Shown here: piece by piece, positions 23,713 through 32,796 of the stretch
How positions within the stretch are numbered: the stretch's first letter is position 1
How the letters are laid out: every line of letters begins with the position of its first letter
Origin: Candidatus Eiseniibacteriota bacterium
Lineage (GTDB): Bacteria > Eisenbacteria > RBG-16-71-46 > DASYSL01
NCBI GenBank assembly: GCA_046598045.1
Contig: JBKJJJ010000020.1
Span: 1-41,035, forward strand
DNA length: 41,035 bases
Direction: 5' to 3'
Notes under the pieces: model-generated
Seen by the model: only the letters and a program-made list of their open reading frames with translations
Database searches by the model: none
Told to the model about the DNA's origin: nothing
Translations under genes and position numbers: made by a program

Positions 23713-24570
23713 GTGAACCCCGTCCACAAGTTCTGGCTGCTCGACGCGTTGGACGTGCTGCTCGTGGCCGTGCTGTTCTACCGGCTGCTGGTGGGCGTCA
23801 AGGGCACACGGTCGGCCCAGATGTTCGTCGGGCTGCTCGTGCTCGTCGCCGTGTCGGCAGCGGCCCGGTTCCTGGGCCTGATCGCGGTCGATTACATCGC
23901 GACCAACCTGCGTACGGTGTGGCTGATCACGTTCGTCATCCTGTTCCAGCCCGAGTTGCGCCACGCGCTCGCGCAATTCGGCCGCACGCGCTACTTTCGG
24001 TCGTTCCTGCGCGTGGACGAGTACGGCGTACTGGGCGAGGTCGTGCGCGCGGTCGAGGACCTCTCGAGCAACCGCCACGGCGGCCTGATCGTGATCGAGC
24101 GCAACGAGGGCCTGCGCAACTTCGTCGAGACCGGCACGCGGCTCGACGCCCGCGTCCAGAGCGCCCTGCTCGAGACCGTGTTCACGCCCAACTCCCCGCT
24201 GCACGACGGCGCCGTGATCATCCGGGGGGACCAGGTCGTGGCCGCGGGCTGCATCCTGCCGCTGTCCCAGAACGCGCGGATTTCGCCGTCGCTCGGCACG
24301 CGGCACCGGGCCGCGCTCGGCATCTCCGAGGAGACCGACGCGGTGGCGGTGTGCGTCTCCGAGCACTCGGGTGCGATCTCGGTCGCGTGGCGCGGCGTGC
24401 TGCTCGAGCGGCTCGACGAGGGCAAGCTGCGCAGCGAGCTGTCGCGCATTCTTCGCGTGTCGAATGAGGACGCCGAGGACACGAACCCGTCCCAAGCTGG
24501 CGACGACACCCCGGCCGACTCGATCGCGCACCCCGCCGCCCGCGCGGGGGGCGAAGGTCCGACCCCTTGA
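23713..24570 (+). CDS. cdaA: Membrane-bound diadenylate cyclase CdaA/DacA
   Basis: Three N-terminal TM helices, ILFQPELR, catalytic PLHDGA and GTRHRAA motifs, VSEHSG. Confidence 0.95.
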   Translation: MNPVHKFWLLDALDVLLVAVLFYRLLVGVKGTRSAQMFVGLLVLVAVSAAARFLGLIAVDYIATNLRTVWLITFVILFQPELRHALAQFGRTRYFRSFLRVDEYGVLGEVVRAVEDLSSNRHGGLIVIERNEGLRNFVETGTRLDARVQSALLETVFTPNSPLHDGAVIIRGDQVVAAGCILPLSQNARISPSLGTRHRAALGISEETDAVAVCVSEHSGAISVAWRGVLLERLDEGKLRSELSRILRVSNEDAEDTNPSQAGDDTPADSIAHPAARAGGEGPTP

Positions 24571-24580
24571 TCCATCCCGC

Positions 24581-25387
24581 GTGATCCGAAAGCTCCTCGT
24601 CACTCCGCTCGCCGCGGCCGTGGTCGCCGTCTTCGTCGGCGCCGCCGCCGCGCACGACGTCGCGATCCGCCCCCGCTTCGACCTGCTCGTCCTGTTCGGC
24701 GCCTATATGATCGCCGTGGTCGCGCTCGAGATGCGCATCGCGCACGCAGCCTCGGTCGGCACGGGGCGCTGGGGCACGGCCGGCCTCGTCCTGATCGCGC
24801 TCATGGCGGGCGCGACGCTGGTCGCGCTGCTCGGGTGGCCGGCGCTTTGGATCGTGGTCGCGCTCGCGCTGCTCGCGTTCGCGTTCGTCGCGGGCCCGCG
24901 ACTATCGGACACCGGGCTCGCGGGCCCGGTGACGATCCTGGTGCTCGGGCCGCTCGCCAGCTCCGGCGCGGCGCTCGCGGTCGCCGGGCACGTGTCGCCG
25001 ATCGCATTCTGGATCGGGCTGCCGGTCGGCCTGCTCGCCGACGCCGCGCGGCGGGCGCGCGAGATCTCCTCGCAGGCCGCCCACGCCCGGCTCTCGCCCC
25101 ATGCTCAACCGTTCGACAGCCCGCCCGCGCCGCCGTGGTTCGCGGCCGACCTGCTGGCCGCGTTCGGCGCGCTCCTGGTGCTGGTCGCGCTCGGGGCCCT
25201 GCCCTGGCCCGCGCTCGCCGCGCTCGTGACCATGCCGTGGGCGCTGGGTGAGGCCGCGCGTGCGCGCACCGGGGCCTACGCCTGGGGCGAGGCCGCCGGC
25301 CGCGCGCGCCGGCTTCACCTGGTGTTCGGACTCGTGCTCGGCGTGGCGGTGCTGACGGCGCGCGCGATCTTGACGCGAGTGGTGTAG
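24581..25387 (+). CDS. Polytopic membrane protein, degenerate MenA/UbiA prenyltransferase-like
   Basis: GTG 10 bp after cdaA; about 8-9 hydrophobic segments; MenA-like stretches (VFVGAAAA, AGPRLSDTGL, LGPL, GLPVGLL, GALPWPAL, LVFGLVL); no Asp-rich motifs. Confidence 0.6.
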   Translation: MIRKLLVTPLAAAVVAVFVGAAAAHDVAIRPRFDLLVLFGAYMIAVVALEMRIAHAASVGTGRWGTAGLVLIALMAGATLVALLGWPALWIVVALALLAFAFVAGPRLSDTGLAGPVTILVLGPLASSGAALAVAGHVSPIAFWIGLPVGLLADAARRAREISSQAAHARLSPHAQPFDSPPAPPWFAADLLAAFGALLVLVALGALPWPALAALVTMPWALGEAARARTGAYAWGEAAGRARRLHLVFGLVLGVAVLTARAILTRVV

Positions 25388-25405
25388 TCCCACTTCACCG
25401 CGTCG

Positions 25406-25570
25406 AACCTGCCCCGGGGCAGGTTGACGTCACCGCTATCCCAGCGCAAACCGTTGTGCTGCAAGGGCCGAATCGCATCGAGCATGCCCCGGGGCATGTT
25501 CAACCTTCGGACCGCGCACTTGCGCCGGCGCAAGTGGATCGCCTGGGGCGAACCTGCCCCGGGGCAGGTC
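25406..25570. repeat. Cluster of related 20-bp palindromes (REP-like)
   Basis: AACCTGCCCCGGGGCAGGTT (25406), AGCATGCCCCGGGGCATGTT (25481), CACTTGCGCCGGCGCAAGTG (25517), AACCTGCCCCGGGGCAGGTC (25551). Confidence 0.85.
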
Positions 25571-25584
25571 GCAAAGCGCCCCGC

Positions 25585-25866
25585 CTACCCCGCCTCGACC
25601 AACTCGGCCCCTCCGCCCGGAGGCTCGTCGGAAGCATTCGCCAGCGACCACGACGCGTCCTCGAGATAGCGCCGCGCGGGCACATCCCGCCCGAGCGCAG
25701 CGAGCGCGACCCCGACCACGAGCGAGAGCCGCCCGGAGAGCACGGTGTCGGGCGGCGGCTGGTACAAGCGAAGCGCCCGCTCGGCGATGAGCAGCGCGCG
25801 GTACGGCTGACCTTCGTGCAGCAACTTCCAGCAGTGGCGGACGAGTTCGTCGCCGAGAGCAGCCAT
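25585..25866 (-). CDS. Small helical, TPR-like hypothetical protein
   Basis: SD GGAG before ATG 25866; GQPYRALLIAERAL...VGVALAALGRDVPARRYLEDA follows a TPR pattern. Confidence 0.6.
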   Translation of the reverse strand: MAALGDELVRHCWKLLHEGQPYRALLIAERALRLYQPPPDTVLSGRLSLVVGVALAALGRDVPARRYLEDASWSLANASDEPPGGGAELVEAG

Positions 25867-26064
25867 GGCGTTCTCCCGTGGGGGACGACAGTGCACGGTC
25901 ATGCCATGGGTCCGCGGCCCAGGACACGGGTTGGTGGGGCAAAAGGGAGAGTTGCAAGGGGCGGGCCAGCGATGGCGCGCCTCCAACTTGCAACGCTGCA
26001 ACGTGGCGCTCCATGCTCCCCGCCTGCGATCGTCGGTCAGCCGTCAACGCGTGTTGACGAACCG

Positions 26065-26775
26065 TCACGCCTCCGGACCACCAAGCAGCCCCTCCTCGAA
26101 CAACCCATCCACCGTCCGCACGAACCCGCGCACAGCCGGTAGCTTGAGCGCCAGGGCAGCCGAAGGCAGGATGCGATCCAGCAGCCCGACCAGGCCACGC
26201 GTCGCGCGCTGCCCCCGGCTCTTGTCGAGCAGCCACCACAGCACCACCCCGAGGTGGATCAGGTAAAGAATGCGGCCGAGCGCCTGGGCGAGCGCGGGCT
26301 TGGGCGCGTCGCTCGCGCCCAGCACCGCGTCCCGAAAGACGCCCTGGACCCGCCGCCGCGAGAACGCCGTACTTTCGGCGAAGACGCCCTCCCCGGCATC
26401 GCCCACCATCATCGGCGCGAGCGCGCGCAGCGTCACCCGGTGCGGCCCGAGGGTCTCGAGGCTGAGCTCGAGCGCGTGGACGAAGCGCGCGCGCCAGCGC
26501 CCCGCGGGCAGCGCGCGCGCATTGCCCGCGAACGCCTCCGAGAGCTCATCGTAGAGCGCGAGCACGACCGCCCGCTTGTTTGGAAAGTAGCGATAGAGCA
26601 GCCCGGGGCTGGCCCCGGCCCGGGTCGCCACGTCGCGCAGGGTCGCCGCCTCGTACCCGCGCACGCCGATCAGGCCGATCGCAGCCTCGTAGAGCCGCTG
26701 CCGGGTCGCCTCCCCCTCGGCGGTCCGTCCCGGCGGGCGGCCGCGTTTTTGGGGCTTGCTATTTTTAGTAATCAT
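26065..26775 (-). CDS. TetR/AcrR family transcriptional regulator
   Basis: TRQRLYEAAIGLIGVRGYEAATLRDVATRAGASPGLLYRYFPNK HTH signature. Confidence 0.93.
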   Translation of the reverse strand: MITKNSKPQKRGRPPGRTAEGEATRQRLYEAAIGLIGVRGYEAATLRDVATRAGASPGLLYRYFPNKRAVVLALYDELSEAFAGNARALPAGRWRARFVHALELSLETLGPHRVTLRALAPMMVGDAGEGVFAESTAFSRRRVQGVFRDAVLGASDAPKPALAQALGRILYLIHLGVVLWWLLDKSRGQRATRGLVGLLDRILPSAALALKLPAVRGFVRTVDGLFEEGLLGGPEA

Positions 26776-26790
26776 GTTCACCATAATGTC

Positions 26791-27249
26791 ATGACGACGT
26801 CGACCATGCAAGCGCCCGGTTCGCCCGTCCTCTTCTATGACGGAACCTGCGGGTTCTGCCACGGTGCGGTGGCGTTCGTCCTCGCGCAGGACCGAAGGGG
26901 CGTATTCCGGTTCGCCGCGCTCCAAAGCCGGGCTGCGGCTGAGGCGCTCGCGCCCCACGGCGGCGTGCCGGCGGACCTCACGACGCTCTACGTCCTCGCG
27001 CCGGCGCGCCCCGGGGACACCAGGCTCCTGTCGAAGGCCCGCGCAGCGCTCCTCGTGGCGGACGAACTCGGGTGGCCGTGGCGTGCGGCGCGCGTTCTCG
27101 GCGTGCTGCCGGGCGCGTGGCTCGACGCCGGGTACGACCTGGTCGCCCGCCATCGCCATGCGCTTTTCGGGCGGCGCGACACCTGCTTCGTCCCCCGCCC
27201 GGACCAGCGCGCGCGCTTCCTCGACGCCGCCGAGGAGGTCGCGCCGTGA
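26791..27249 (+). CDS. DCC1-like thiol-disulfide oxidoreductase (DUF393)
   Basis: VLFYDGTCGFC, FRFAALQS, YDLVARHRHALFG..C. Start is 26791 or 26806. Confidence 0.92.
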   Translation: MTTSTMQAPGSPVLFYDGTCGFCHGAVAFVLAQDRRGVFRFAALQSRAAAEALAPHGGVPADLTTLYVLAPARPGDTRLLSKARAALLVADELGWPWRAARVLGVLPGAWLDAGYDLVARHRHALFGRRDTCFVPRPDQRARFLDAAEEVAP

Positions 27250-28289
27250 AGTACGTCCTCGCGGGTGGGTCCGGACAGGTCGGGACGATCCTCGCACGCG
27301 AGCTTCACGCGGAAGGGCACGAGGTCGTCGTGCTCTCCCGCGCGCCAGAGCCCGAGCCGAAGCCCGAAACAGGGCCCGCCCCGTGGCGCATTGCCTCCTG
27401 GGACGCCCGGACGCTCGGCGCGTGGGCAACCGAGCTCGACGGCGCCGACGTCGTGGTCAACCTCGCGGGTCGCAGCGTGAACTGCCGGTACACACCCTCG
27501 AACCGCCGCACGATCCTCGATTCGCGCGTGCTCTCAACGGTGGTCGTCGGCGAGGCGATCGCGCGCGCCGCGCGTCCGCCGCGCACCTGGCTGCAGATGA
27601 GCAGCGCCGCGATCTATGCCCACCGCCTCGATGCACCGAACGACGAGGCGACCGGCCGGATCGGCGGCGGCGAACCGGGCATCCCCGCGGACTGGGCGTT
27701 CAGCGTGGAGGTCGTGAAGGCCTGGGAGGCGGCGCTCGAGGCCGCAAACACGCCGCGCACGCGCCGGGTCGCGCTGCGCGCGGCGGTCGTGATGAGCCCG
27801 GATAAAGGCGGGATCTTCGACACGCTGCTCGGCCTCGTGCGCCAGGGCCTGGGCGGAACCGCCGGCGATGGGCGACAGATGGTGTCGTGGATCCATGAGC
27901 GCGACTTCGTGCGCTCGATCCGGTGGTTGATCGCGCACGAGGACCTCCCCCGAGTGGTGAACGTCACCTCGCCGCACGCGGTCCCGAACGCGGAGTTCAT
28001 GCGCGCGCTGCGGCGCGCATGGGGCACAAGGATCGGGCTGCCCGCGTCGGGATTCGTGCTCGAGCTGGGCGCGTGGCTCAAGCGCACGGAGCCGGAGCTG
28101 GTCTTGAAGAGCCGCTGGTCGGCGCCGGGCCGCCTGCTCGCGGGCGGGTTCGTGTTCGAGTATCCGGACTGGGAACAGGCCGCGGCGGAGTTGTGCGCGC
28201 GCTGGCGTGCTACTCGTACGCGGTCTCTTCCTCGCGCACCAACTCCGGCGGATCGCTCACCAGCGCGCGCAGGATCTCGTCCATCGTGA
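27246..28289 (+). CDS. TIGR01777/YfcH-family NAD-dependent epimerase
   Basis: LAGGSGQVG, VVNLAGRSV, ILDSRV, AWE, GDGRQMVSWIH, VLKSRW..P.RL...GFVFEY. GTGA overlap with the upstream gene. Confidence 0.9.
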   Translation: MKYVLAGGSGQVGTILARELHAEGHEVVVLSRAPEPEPKPETGPAPWRIASWDARTLGAWATELDGADVVVNLAGRSVNCRYTPSNRRTILDSRVLSTVVVGEAIARAARPPRTWLQMSSAAIYAHRLDAPNDEATGRIGGGEPGIPADWAFSVEVVKAWEAALEAANTPRTRRVALRAAVVMSPDKGGIFDTLLGLVRQGLGGTAGDGRQMVSWIHERDFVRSIRWLIAHEDLPRVVNVTSPHAVPNAEFMRALRRAWGTRIGLPASGFVLELGAWLKRTEPELVLKSRWSAPGRLLAGGFVFEYPDWEQAAAELCARWRATRTRSLPRAPTPADRSPARAGSRPS

Positions 28290-29073
28290 TCACGTCGAGC
28301 AGGTTGTGGTGGAACACGGGGATCAGCCGGTGCGCCGCGCCGTACTTGACGAAGTCGTGGTACAGGCCGGGGATCTCGGAGCCGGGCACGTCCCCCACCC
28401 GGCGGCGGTGGCACACGTACTCCTCGATCGTCACCAGGCGGAAGTTCGGCAGCAGGCCGGCCCAGCGCCGGCGCGAGTGGTGCACGAGGTCGACGTGGCG
28501 CGCGGGCCGCGTGAACGGCACCTTGTGGAGCGCGGCGCGGTCGGCGAGAAAGGGCACGTCGAACGACTTGCCGTTGTAGGTCACGACGGTGGCGAACCCG
28601 GCAAGGAAGCGCGTGAGCTCGTCGACCAGCGCGGCCTCCTCCGCGTAATCGCGCGCGAAGTACTGGCGCACGACGTAGTCCGACCCGTTCCAATGCATCG
28701 TCCCCGCGAGAAACACGAGGGCGTTCGAAAGGCCCCCGGTCTCGAGGTCGAAGAACACGGTGTCGCGCGCGCCCGTCTCGGCGAACGCATCGAGCTCGGC
28801 GTGCAGGAGCGCGCGCTTCGACGGCTTCGCGGCATAGCGGCCCCACTTCTTGAGCGGCTTCTCGATCTCCGAGCGCAGGCGCTCGTGCAGGTAAACCTTG
28901 CCGTACGCGTTCTCGAGGACGCCGCCGGGGAGGAAGCTCTCGACGCCGACCTCGACGCGCGCACCCAGAGCCGGCGCGAGGGGTGCGACCGGCGGAGGCG
29001 CCGATCCCGCCTGCATCCTCCGCTCCGCGAGCCGCGAGAGTGCCCGCGCCAGCGCGCCGCTGCGCTCGCTCAC
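28210..29073 (-). CDS. RNase H-like DEDD exonuclease (YprB/MrfB-like)
   Basis: VFFDLETGGL, TYNGKSFDVPFL, HVDL, HNLLDV. GTG 29073 overlaps the helicase stop. Confidence 0.9.
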   Translation of the reverse strand: MSERSGALARALSRLAERRMQAGSAPPPVAPLAPALGARVEVGVESFLPGGVLENAYGKVYLHERLRSEIEKPLKKWGRYAAKPSKRALLHAELDAFAETGARDTVFFDLETGGLSNALVFLAGTMHWNGSDYVVRQYFARDYAEEAALVDELTRFLAGFATVVTYNGKSFDVPFLADRAALHKVPFTRPARHVDLVHHSRRRWAGLLPNFRLVTIEEYVCHRRRVGDVPGSEIPGLYHDFVKYGAAHRLIPVFHHNLLDVITMDEILRALVSDPPELVREEETAYE

Positions 29074-31589
29074 AACAACTCTCCGGAAGGCGCGGGCGCG
29101 GAAGGCCCGAGCAACTCCGCGAGCAAAGCCCGCGCCGCGCGCTTGGACGGGATCGGCCAACCGTTCGAGAGGTCCGGGTCCTGCTGCTGCGGCGGGCGCA
29201 GGATCGGCAGGCCGACGCACGAGGGGCAGCCGTCGTCGCACGGGCAGTCGTCGATCAGCGCGCGGCAGGCGGTGAGCAATTCCTCGAAGCGGTGGTACGC
29301 CTGCTCGGCGAAACCCAGCCCGCCCGGGTAGCGATCGAACACGAACAGACCCTGCTTGCCGAGATTCTTCGAGTCGAGCACCGCGCCCACATCCGATGGG
29401 TCGCACATCGCGAACAGAGGCATGAGCGTGACCACGAGATTGCGCACGCCCGACAGCGCCTCGGCCGGCGCGTGGCCCAAAGCCTTGACTGCGGCCCGCG
29501 CGGCGGCGGGCGGCGTCCACCACAGGGACACGGTGTCGAGCGTGAGCCGCGGCAGGTCGAGCGCCTTGTAGCCGATCGAGTCCAGCGAGTGGAAGCGCAC
29601 CTTCTTCATGCCGATCGTGTTCCACGACACGGTCGCCTCGCCGTACGCGATCTCGGAGCCGAGCGCGGGGCGGGTGCGCGCCGCCTCGCGCGTGACGATG
29701 TTCTGGTCGATCACGGGCTGTGTGTAGTAGTCGACCTCGCGCGGCTCGCACTCGGCGACCTTCATCTCGAGGTCGAGCTTGCGCACGTAGAACGAGCGGC
29801 CCTCGTGCAGGTAGATCGCCTCGGGGTAGACCAGCTCGGGCGCGGAGATCGCGTCGACGGTGCCGAGCACGATGTTCTCGCGCGTGGCGTCGACGATGGT
29901 GAACGTGTTGTCGGCGATCGTGCGCAGGTTGATGCGCGCGGCCGGGTAATCGGTCGAAGCCCAGAACCATCGCCCGTCGATCGCGCGCACCTGCCCGTCC
30001 TCGGCGAGCGCGTCGAGCAACTCGCGCGACTGCGGGCCGAACAGGGCCTCGTCCTCGGCGGTGATCGGCAGCTCGTAGGCCGCGCTCGCGAGCTGGCCGG
30101 CGAGCAGGTACGGGTTGTGCGGATCGACCACGGCCGCCTCGGGCGACTGGCCGAAGAAGTACGCCGGGTGCCGCATCAGGTACTGGTCGATCGGCTCGTT
30201 GTACGCGACCATCACCGCCAGCGCCGGGTCCTGGCTGCGCCCCGCGCGCCCCGCCTGCTGCCACGTGCTCGCGATCGTCGGCGGGAAGCCCACGATCACC
30301 GCCGCGTCGAGCGAGCCCACGTCGATGCCGAGCTCGAGCGCGTTCGTGCTCACCACGCCCGCGAGCTCACCGGAGAACAGGCGGCGCTCGATCTCGCGCC
30401 GCTCGTCGGCGAGATAGCCGCTGCGGTAGGGCGCGATGCGCGGCGCGAGCGCCGGCGCACGGCGCAGCAGCGTCTCGTGCGCGTACCGATAGATGATCTC
30501 GGCGGTGACCCGCGCCTTGCAGAACACGATCACCGACGCCCCGCGCCGCATGAGGTCGGTGAAGATCGTCGCGCCGTCGCCGTTCGCCGACCGGCGCTCG
30601 AGCTCGTTCTTGTCCAGAAAGCGCGGGTTCCAGAACGCGATCGTCTTCGGGCCGCGCGGCGCGCCGTCGTCGTCGACCACGCTGGCCTGGCCGCCGATCA
30701 GCGCCTCGGCGAGCTCGCCCGGATTGCGAATCGTGGCCGAGCAACAGATGAACACCGGGTCCGCGCCATGGTGGCGCGCGATGCGCCGGAGCCTCCGGAG
30801 CACGAGCGCGACGTTCGAGCCGAAGATGCCGCGGTAGGTGTGGATCTCGTCGATCACGACGTAACGCAGGCTGCGGAAGAAGCGCGCCCACTTCGCGTGG
30901 TACGGCAAGATGCCCTGGTGCAGCATGTCCGGGTTCGTGAGGACGAGGTTCCCCTCCTGCCGCAGCTTGCGCCGCGCGGCCACGCTGGTGTCGCCGTCGT
31001 ACACGCCGGGCCGCACGTGCGCGCGCAGCGATCCCGTCCCCGCATCGAGCAGGCGCCCGAGGCTCTTGAGCTGGTCCTGGGCGAGCGCCTTGGTCGGAAA
31101 CAGGTAGAGCGCATGTGCCTCGGGCTCGGCCGCGAGGCGCTCGACCACGGGTAGGTTGTAGGCCAGCGTCTTGCCGCTCGCGGTGCCGGTCACGAGCACG
31201 ACCGAACGCCCCGCGCGCACGTGGTCGATGGCCTGCGCCTGGTGCGTGTAGAGCTGCTCGATTCCGAGCGCGTCGAGCGCGCTCCGCACCTGGGGCGTGA
31301 GCGGCGCTTCTGGAGCAGCGAAGCGCGCGGGCCGCGCGGCGAGGCGCTCGACGTGGGCGAACTCGCCGCCGTAATCGCGCGCGCCCCGCGTGTCGTCGAG
31401 CCAGGCGTCGAAGTCGGCGCCCTGCCCCTCGTCCCTGCCGTGGCGCGCGCGGTCGGCGTGGCGGCGGCGCGCGGCGGGCGCGGGCTCGGCCTCGACCAGT
31501 TGCCCGGCGCGCGGATCGGTCGCCTCGCGCTGCGGGTTCGTCGCCCACGGGCGGAGGCCGAACAATGGGAGCTCGGGCTTGTCGATCAT
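29070..31589 (-). CDS. SF2 DEAH-box helicase with DUF1998 (MrfA/YprA/Hrq1/SftH-like)
   Basis: LYTHQ, TGTASGKT, FPTKALAQDQ, DEIHTYRG, SAT, TNALELGID, QQAGRAGR, and C-terminal MCD...CPCDDGCPSC. Confidence 0.95.
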   Translation of the reverse strand: MIDKPELPLFGLRPWATNPQREATDPRAGQLVEAEPAPAARRRHADRARHGRDEGQGADFDAWLDDTRGARDYGGEFAHVERLAARPARFAAPEAPLTPQVRSALDALGIEQLYTHQAQAIDHVRAGRSVVLVTGTASGKTLAYNLPVVERLAAEPEAHALYLFPTKALAQDQLKSLGRLLDAGTGSLRAHVRPGVYDGDTSVAARRKLRQEGNLVLTNPDMLHQGILPYHAKWARFFRSLRYVVIDEIHTYRGIFGSNVALVLRRLRRIARHHGADPVFICCSATIRNPGELAEALIGGQASVVDDDGAPRGPKTIAFWNPRFLDKNELERRSANGDGATIFTDLMRRGASVIVFCKARVTAEIIYRYAHETLLRRAPALAPRIAPYRSGYLADERREIERRLFSGELAGVVSTNALELGIDVGSLDAAVIVGFPPTIASTWQQAGRAGRSQDPALAVMVAYNEPIDQYLMRHPAYFFGQSPEAAVVDPHNPYLLAGQLASAAYELPITAEDEALFGPQSRELLDALAEDGQVRAIDGRWFWASTDYPAARINLRTIADNTFTIVDATRENIVLGTVDAISAPELVYPEAIYLHEGRSFYVRKLDLEMKVAECEPREVDYYTQPVIDQNIVTREAARTRPALGSEIAYGEATVSWNTIGMKKVRFHSLDSIGYKALDLPRLTLDTVSLWWTPPAAARAAVKALGHAPAEALSGVRNLVVTLMPLFAMCDPSDVGAVLDSKNLGKQGLFVFDRYPGGLGFAEQAYHRFEELLTACRALIDDCPCDDGCPSCVGLPILRPPQQQDPDLSNGWPIPSKRAARALLAELLGPSAPAPSGELL

Positions 31590-31617
31590 GGCGTCAGCAT
31601 GCGGGGGCGAAGGGACG

Positions 31618-32796
31618 CTACTCGATGACGATCTGGGCGGCGCGCACGTCGGCCACGACCCAGTGGTCGCCCGAGGGTTCGAGCGTGACCTCGACCGCGT
31701 CACTGCCGGTGGTGCGAAAGCGCTGCGTGAGGTCGGTCGCGGTCGTGCCGGGCGCGGCCCGGAGCGGCGCCCTCGCCTGGTCGAGCCCGACGGCCTGCGC
31801 CTGCGCGATCACCTCCATGCCGCTGGCGTACGGCAAGGCGGCCTCGGGCGCGTCCTGCCGGAGTGCATGCAGGAAGGAGACGAACACGGAGTAGGGCGTC
31901 GTCGTCACGTGCTCCTCGGAGAGCGACCAGGTCTCGCCGCGATGGACGTAGCGCTGGACGCGCGCGAGCTTCGGGCAGGTCGGGCAGTCGTCGAACATCG
32001 GGTCGCGCTCGCCGGATCCGATCACCACGAGCGTCGGCGCGCCGCCGCCCGCGGAGACCTCGAACAGCACCGTGTCGGCCTCGATCGGCAGCACGCGGTT
32101 CGAGGTCACCACCCAGGTCGCCGCATCGCCCTTCTTGCGGGTGGCGAGCGCGACCTCGAGGCCGGCGCGGCCGCGCGGCCGCGCCCACGCGGAGGCGAGC
32201 CCGGCGCCCTCGCCCGCGGGCCACGTGCTCAGTTGGCCGACCGCCTCGGGACCGTAGCGCGTGCGCGCCGGCGCGCGGGGCGGCAGCGCCTGGACGATCG
32301 GCGCGCCGCCGGTGGTGCGCGGATCGGGCCACGCCCAGAACTCGGTGCGCGCGCCCGCCGCGCCGACCGGGTCCGCGACGATCACCTGCCAGACCACCGG
32401 CTTGCCGCTCGCGACCACGATGTCCGCCGCGAGCCCGACGCGCGCGAGGTTCGCGCTCACCTCTCCCGGGCCGGGCGAGCCGGTCGCCTCGACGGTGGGC
32501 AGGCGCTCGGTGGTCGTGGCCTGGTGCGCCGCCTCGAGGTCGTCGGACGCCTGCGCCCACGCGGCCTGGAACGCCTCGCGCGCGAGCGCGCCCGCGGCAT
32601 CGGCGCGCATCGAGTCGCCCGTAGCCCAGGAGTCGCGCGCGCGCTTGGCCCATGCGGCCATCGAGTCGGGCTGCGCCAGCGGCGTGTCGGCCGCCTCGTC
32701 CCCGTCCGGCGGCAGATCGACGCCGCCCGAGGAGCAACCGGCCGCGAGCAGCGCGACCGCGCACGCGAAGCCCAGCGCGCGGAGCCGCGTCGTCAC
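31618..32796 (-). CDS. Lipoprotein of unknown function with CxxC and an NTF2-like C-terminal domain
   Basis: GTG 32796 overlaps the upstream stop; lipobox LAAGC; DCPTC; TPYSVFVSFLHAL...VEVTLEPSGDHWVV. Confidence 0.8.
   Translation of the reverse strand: MTTRLRALGFACAVALLAAGCSSGGVDLPPDGDEAADTPLAQPDSMAAWAKRARDSWATGDSMRADAAGALAREAFQAAWAQASDDLEAAHQATTTERLPTVEATGSPGPGEVSANLARVGLAADIVVASGKPVVWQVIVADPVGAAGARTEFWAWPDPRTTGGAPIVQALPPRAPARTRYGPEAVGQLSTWPAGEGAGLASAWARPRGRAGLEVALATRKKGDAATWVVTSNRVLPIEADTVLFEVSAGGGAPTLVVIGSGERDPMFDDCPTCPKLARVQRYVHRGETWSLSEEHVTTTPYSVFVSFLHALRQDAPEAALPYASGMEVIAQAQAVGLDQARAPLRAAPGTTATDLTQRFRTTGSDAVEVTLEPSGDHWVVADVRAAQIVIE

Noticed and set aside
25406..25570. Possible CRISPR array
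   Set aside because: Units are non-identical 20-bp palindromes with very short gaps, and there are no cas genes in the window.
25951..25994. GTTGCAAG/CTTGCAAC inverted repeat upstream of the small TPR-like gene
   Set aside because: Only 8 bp with a 28-bp spacer and no supporting -10 element or second copy; too weak to call.
29070..31589. DISARM DrmA/DrmB or Druantia defence helicase
   Set aside because: Single fused helicase-DUF1998 followed by a YprB-like exonuclease matches MrfAB; no methylase or other defence genes are nearby.
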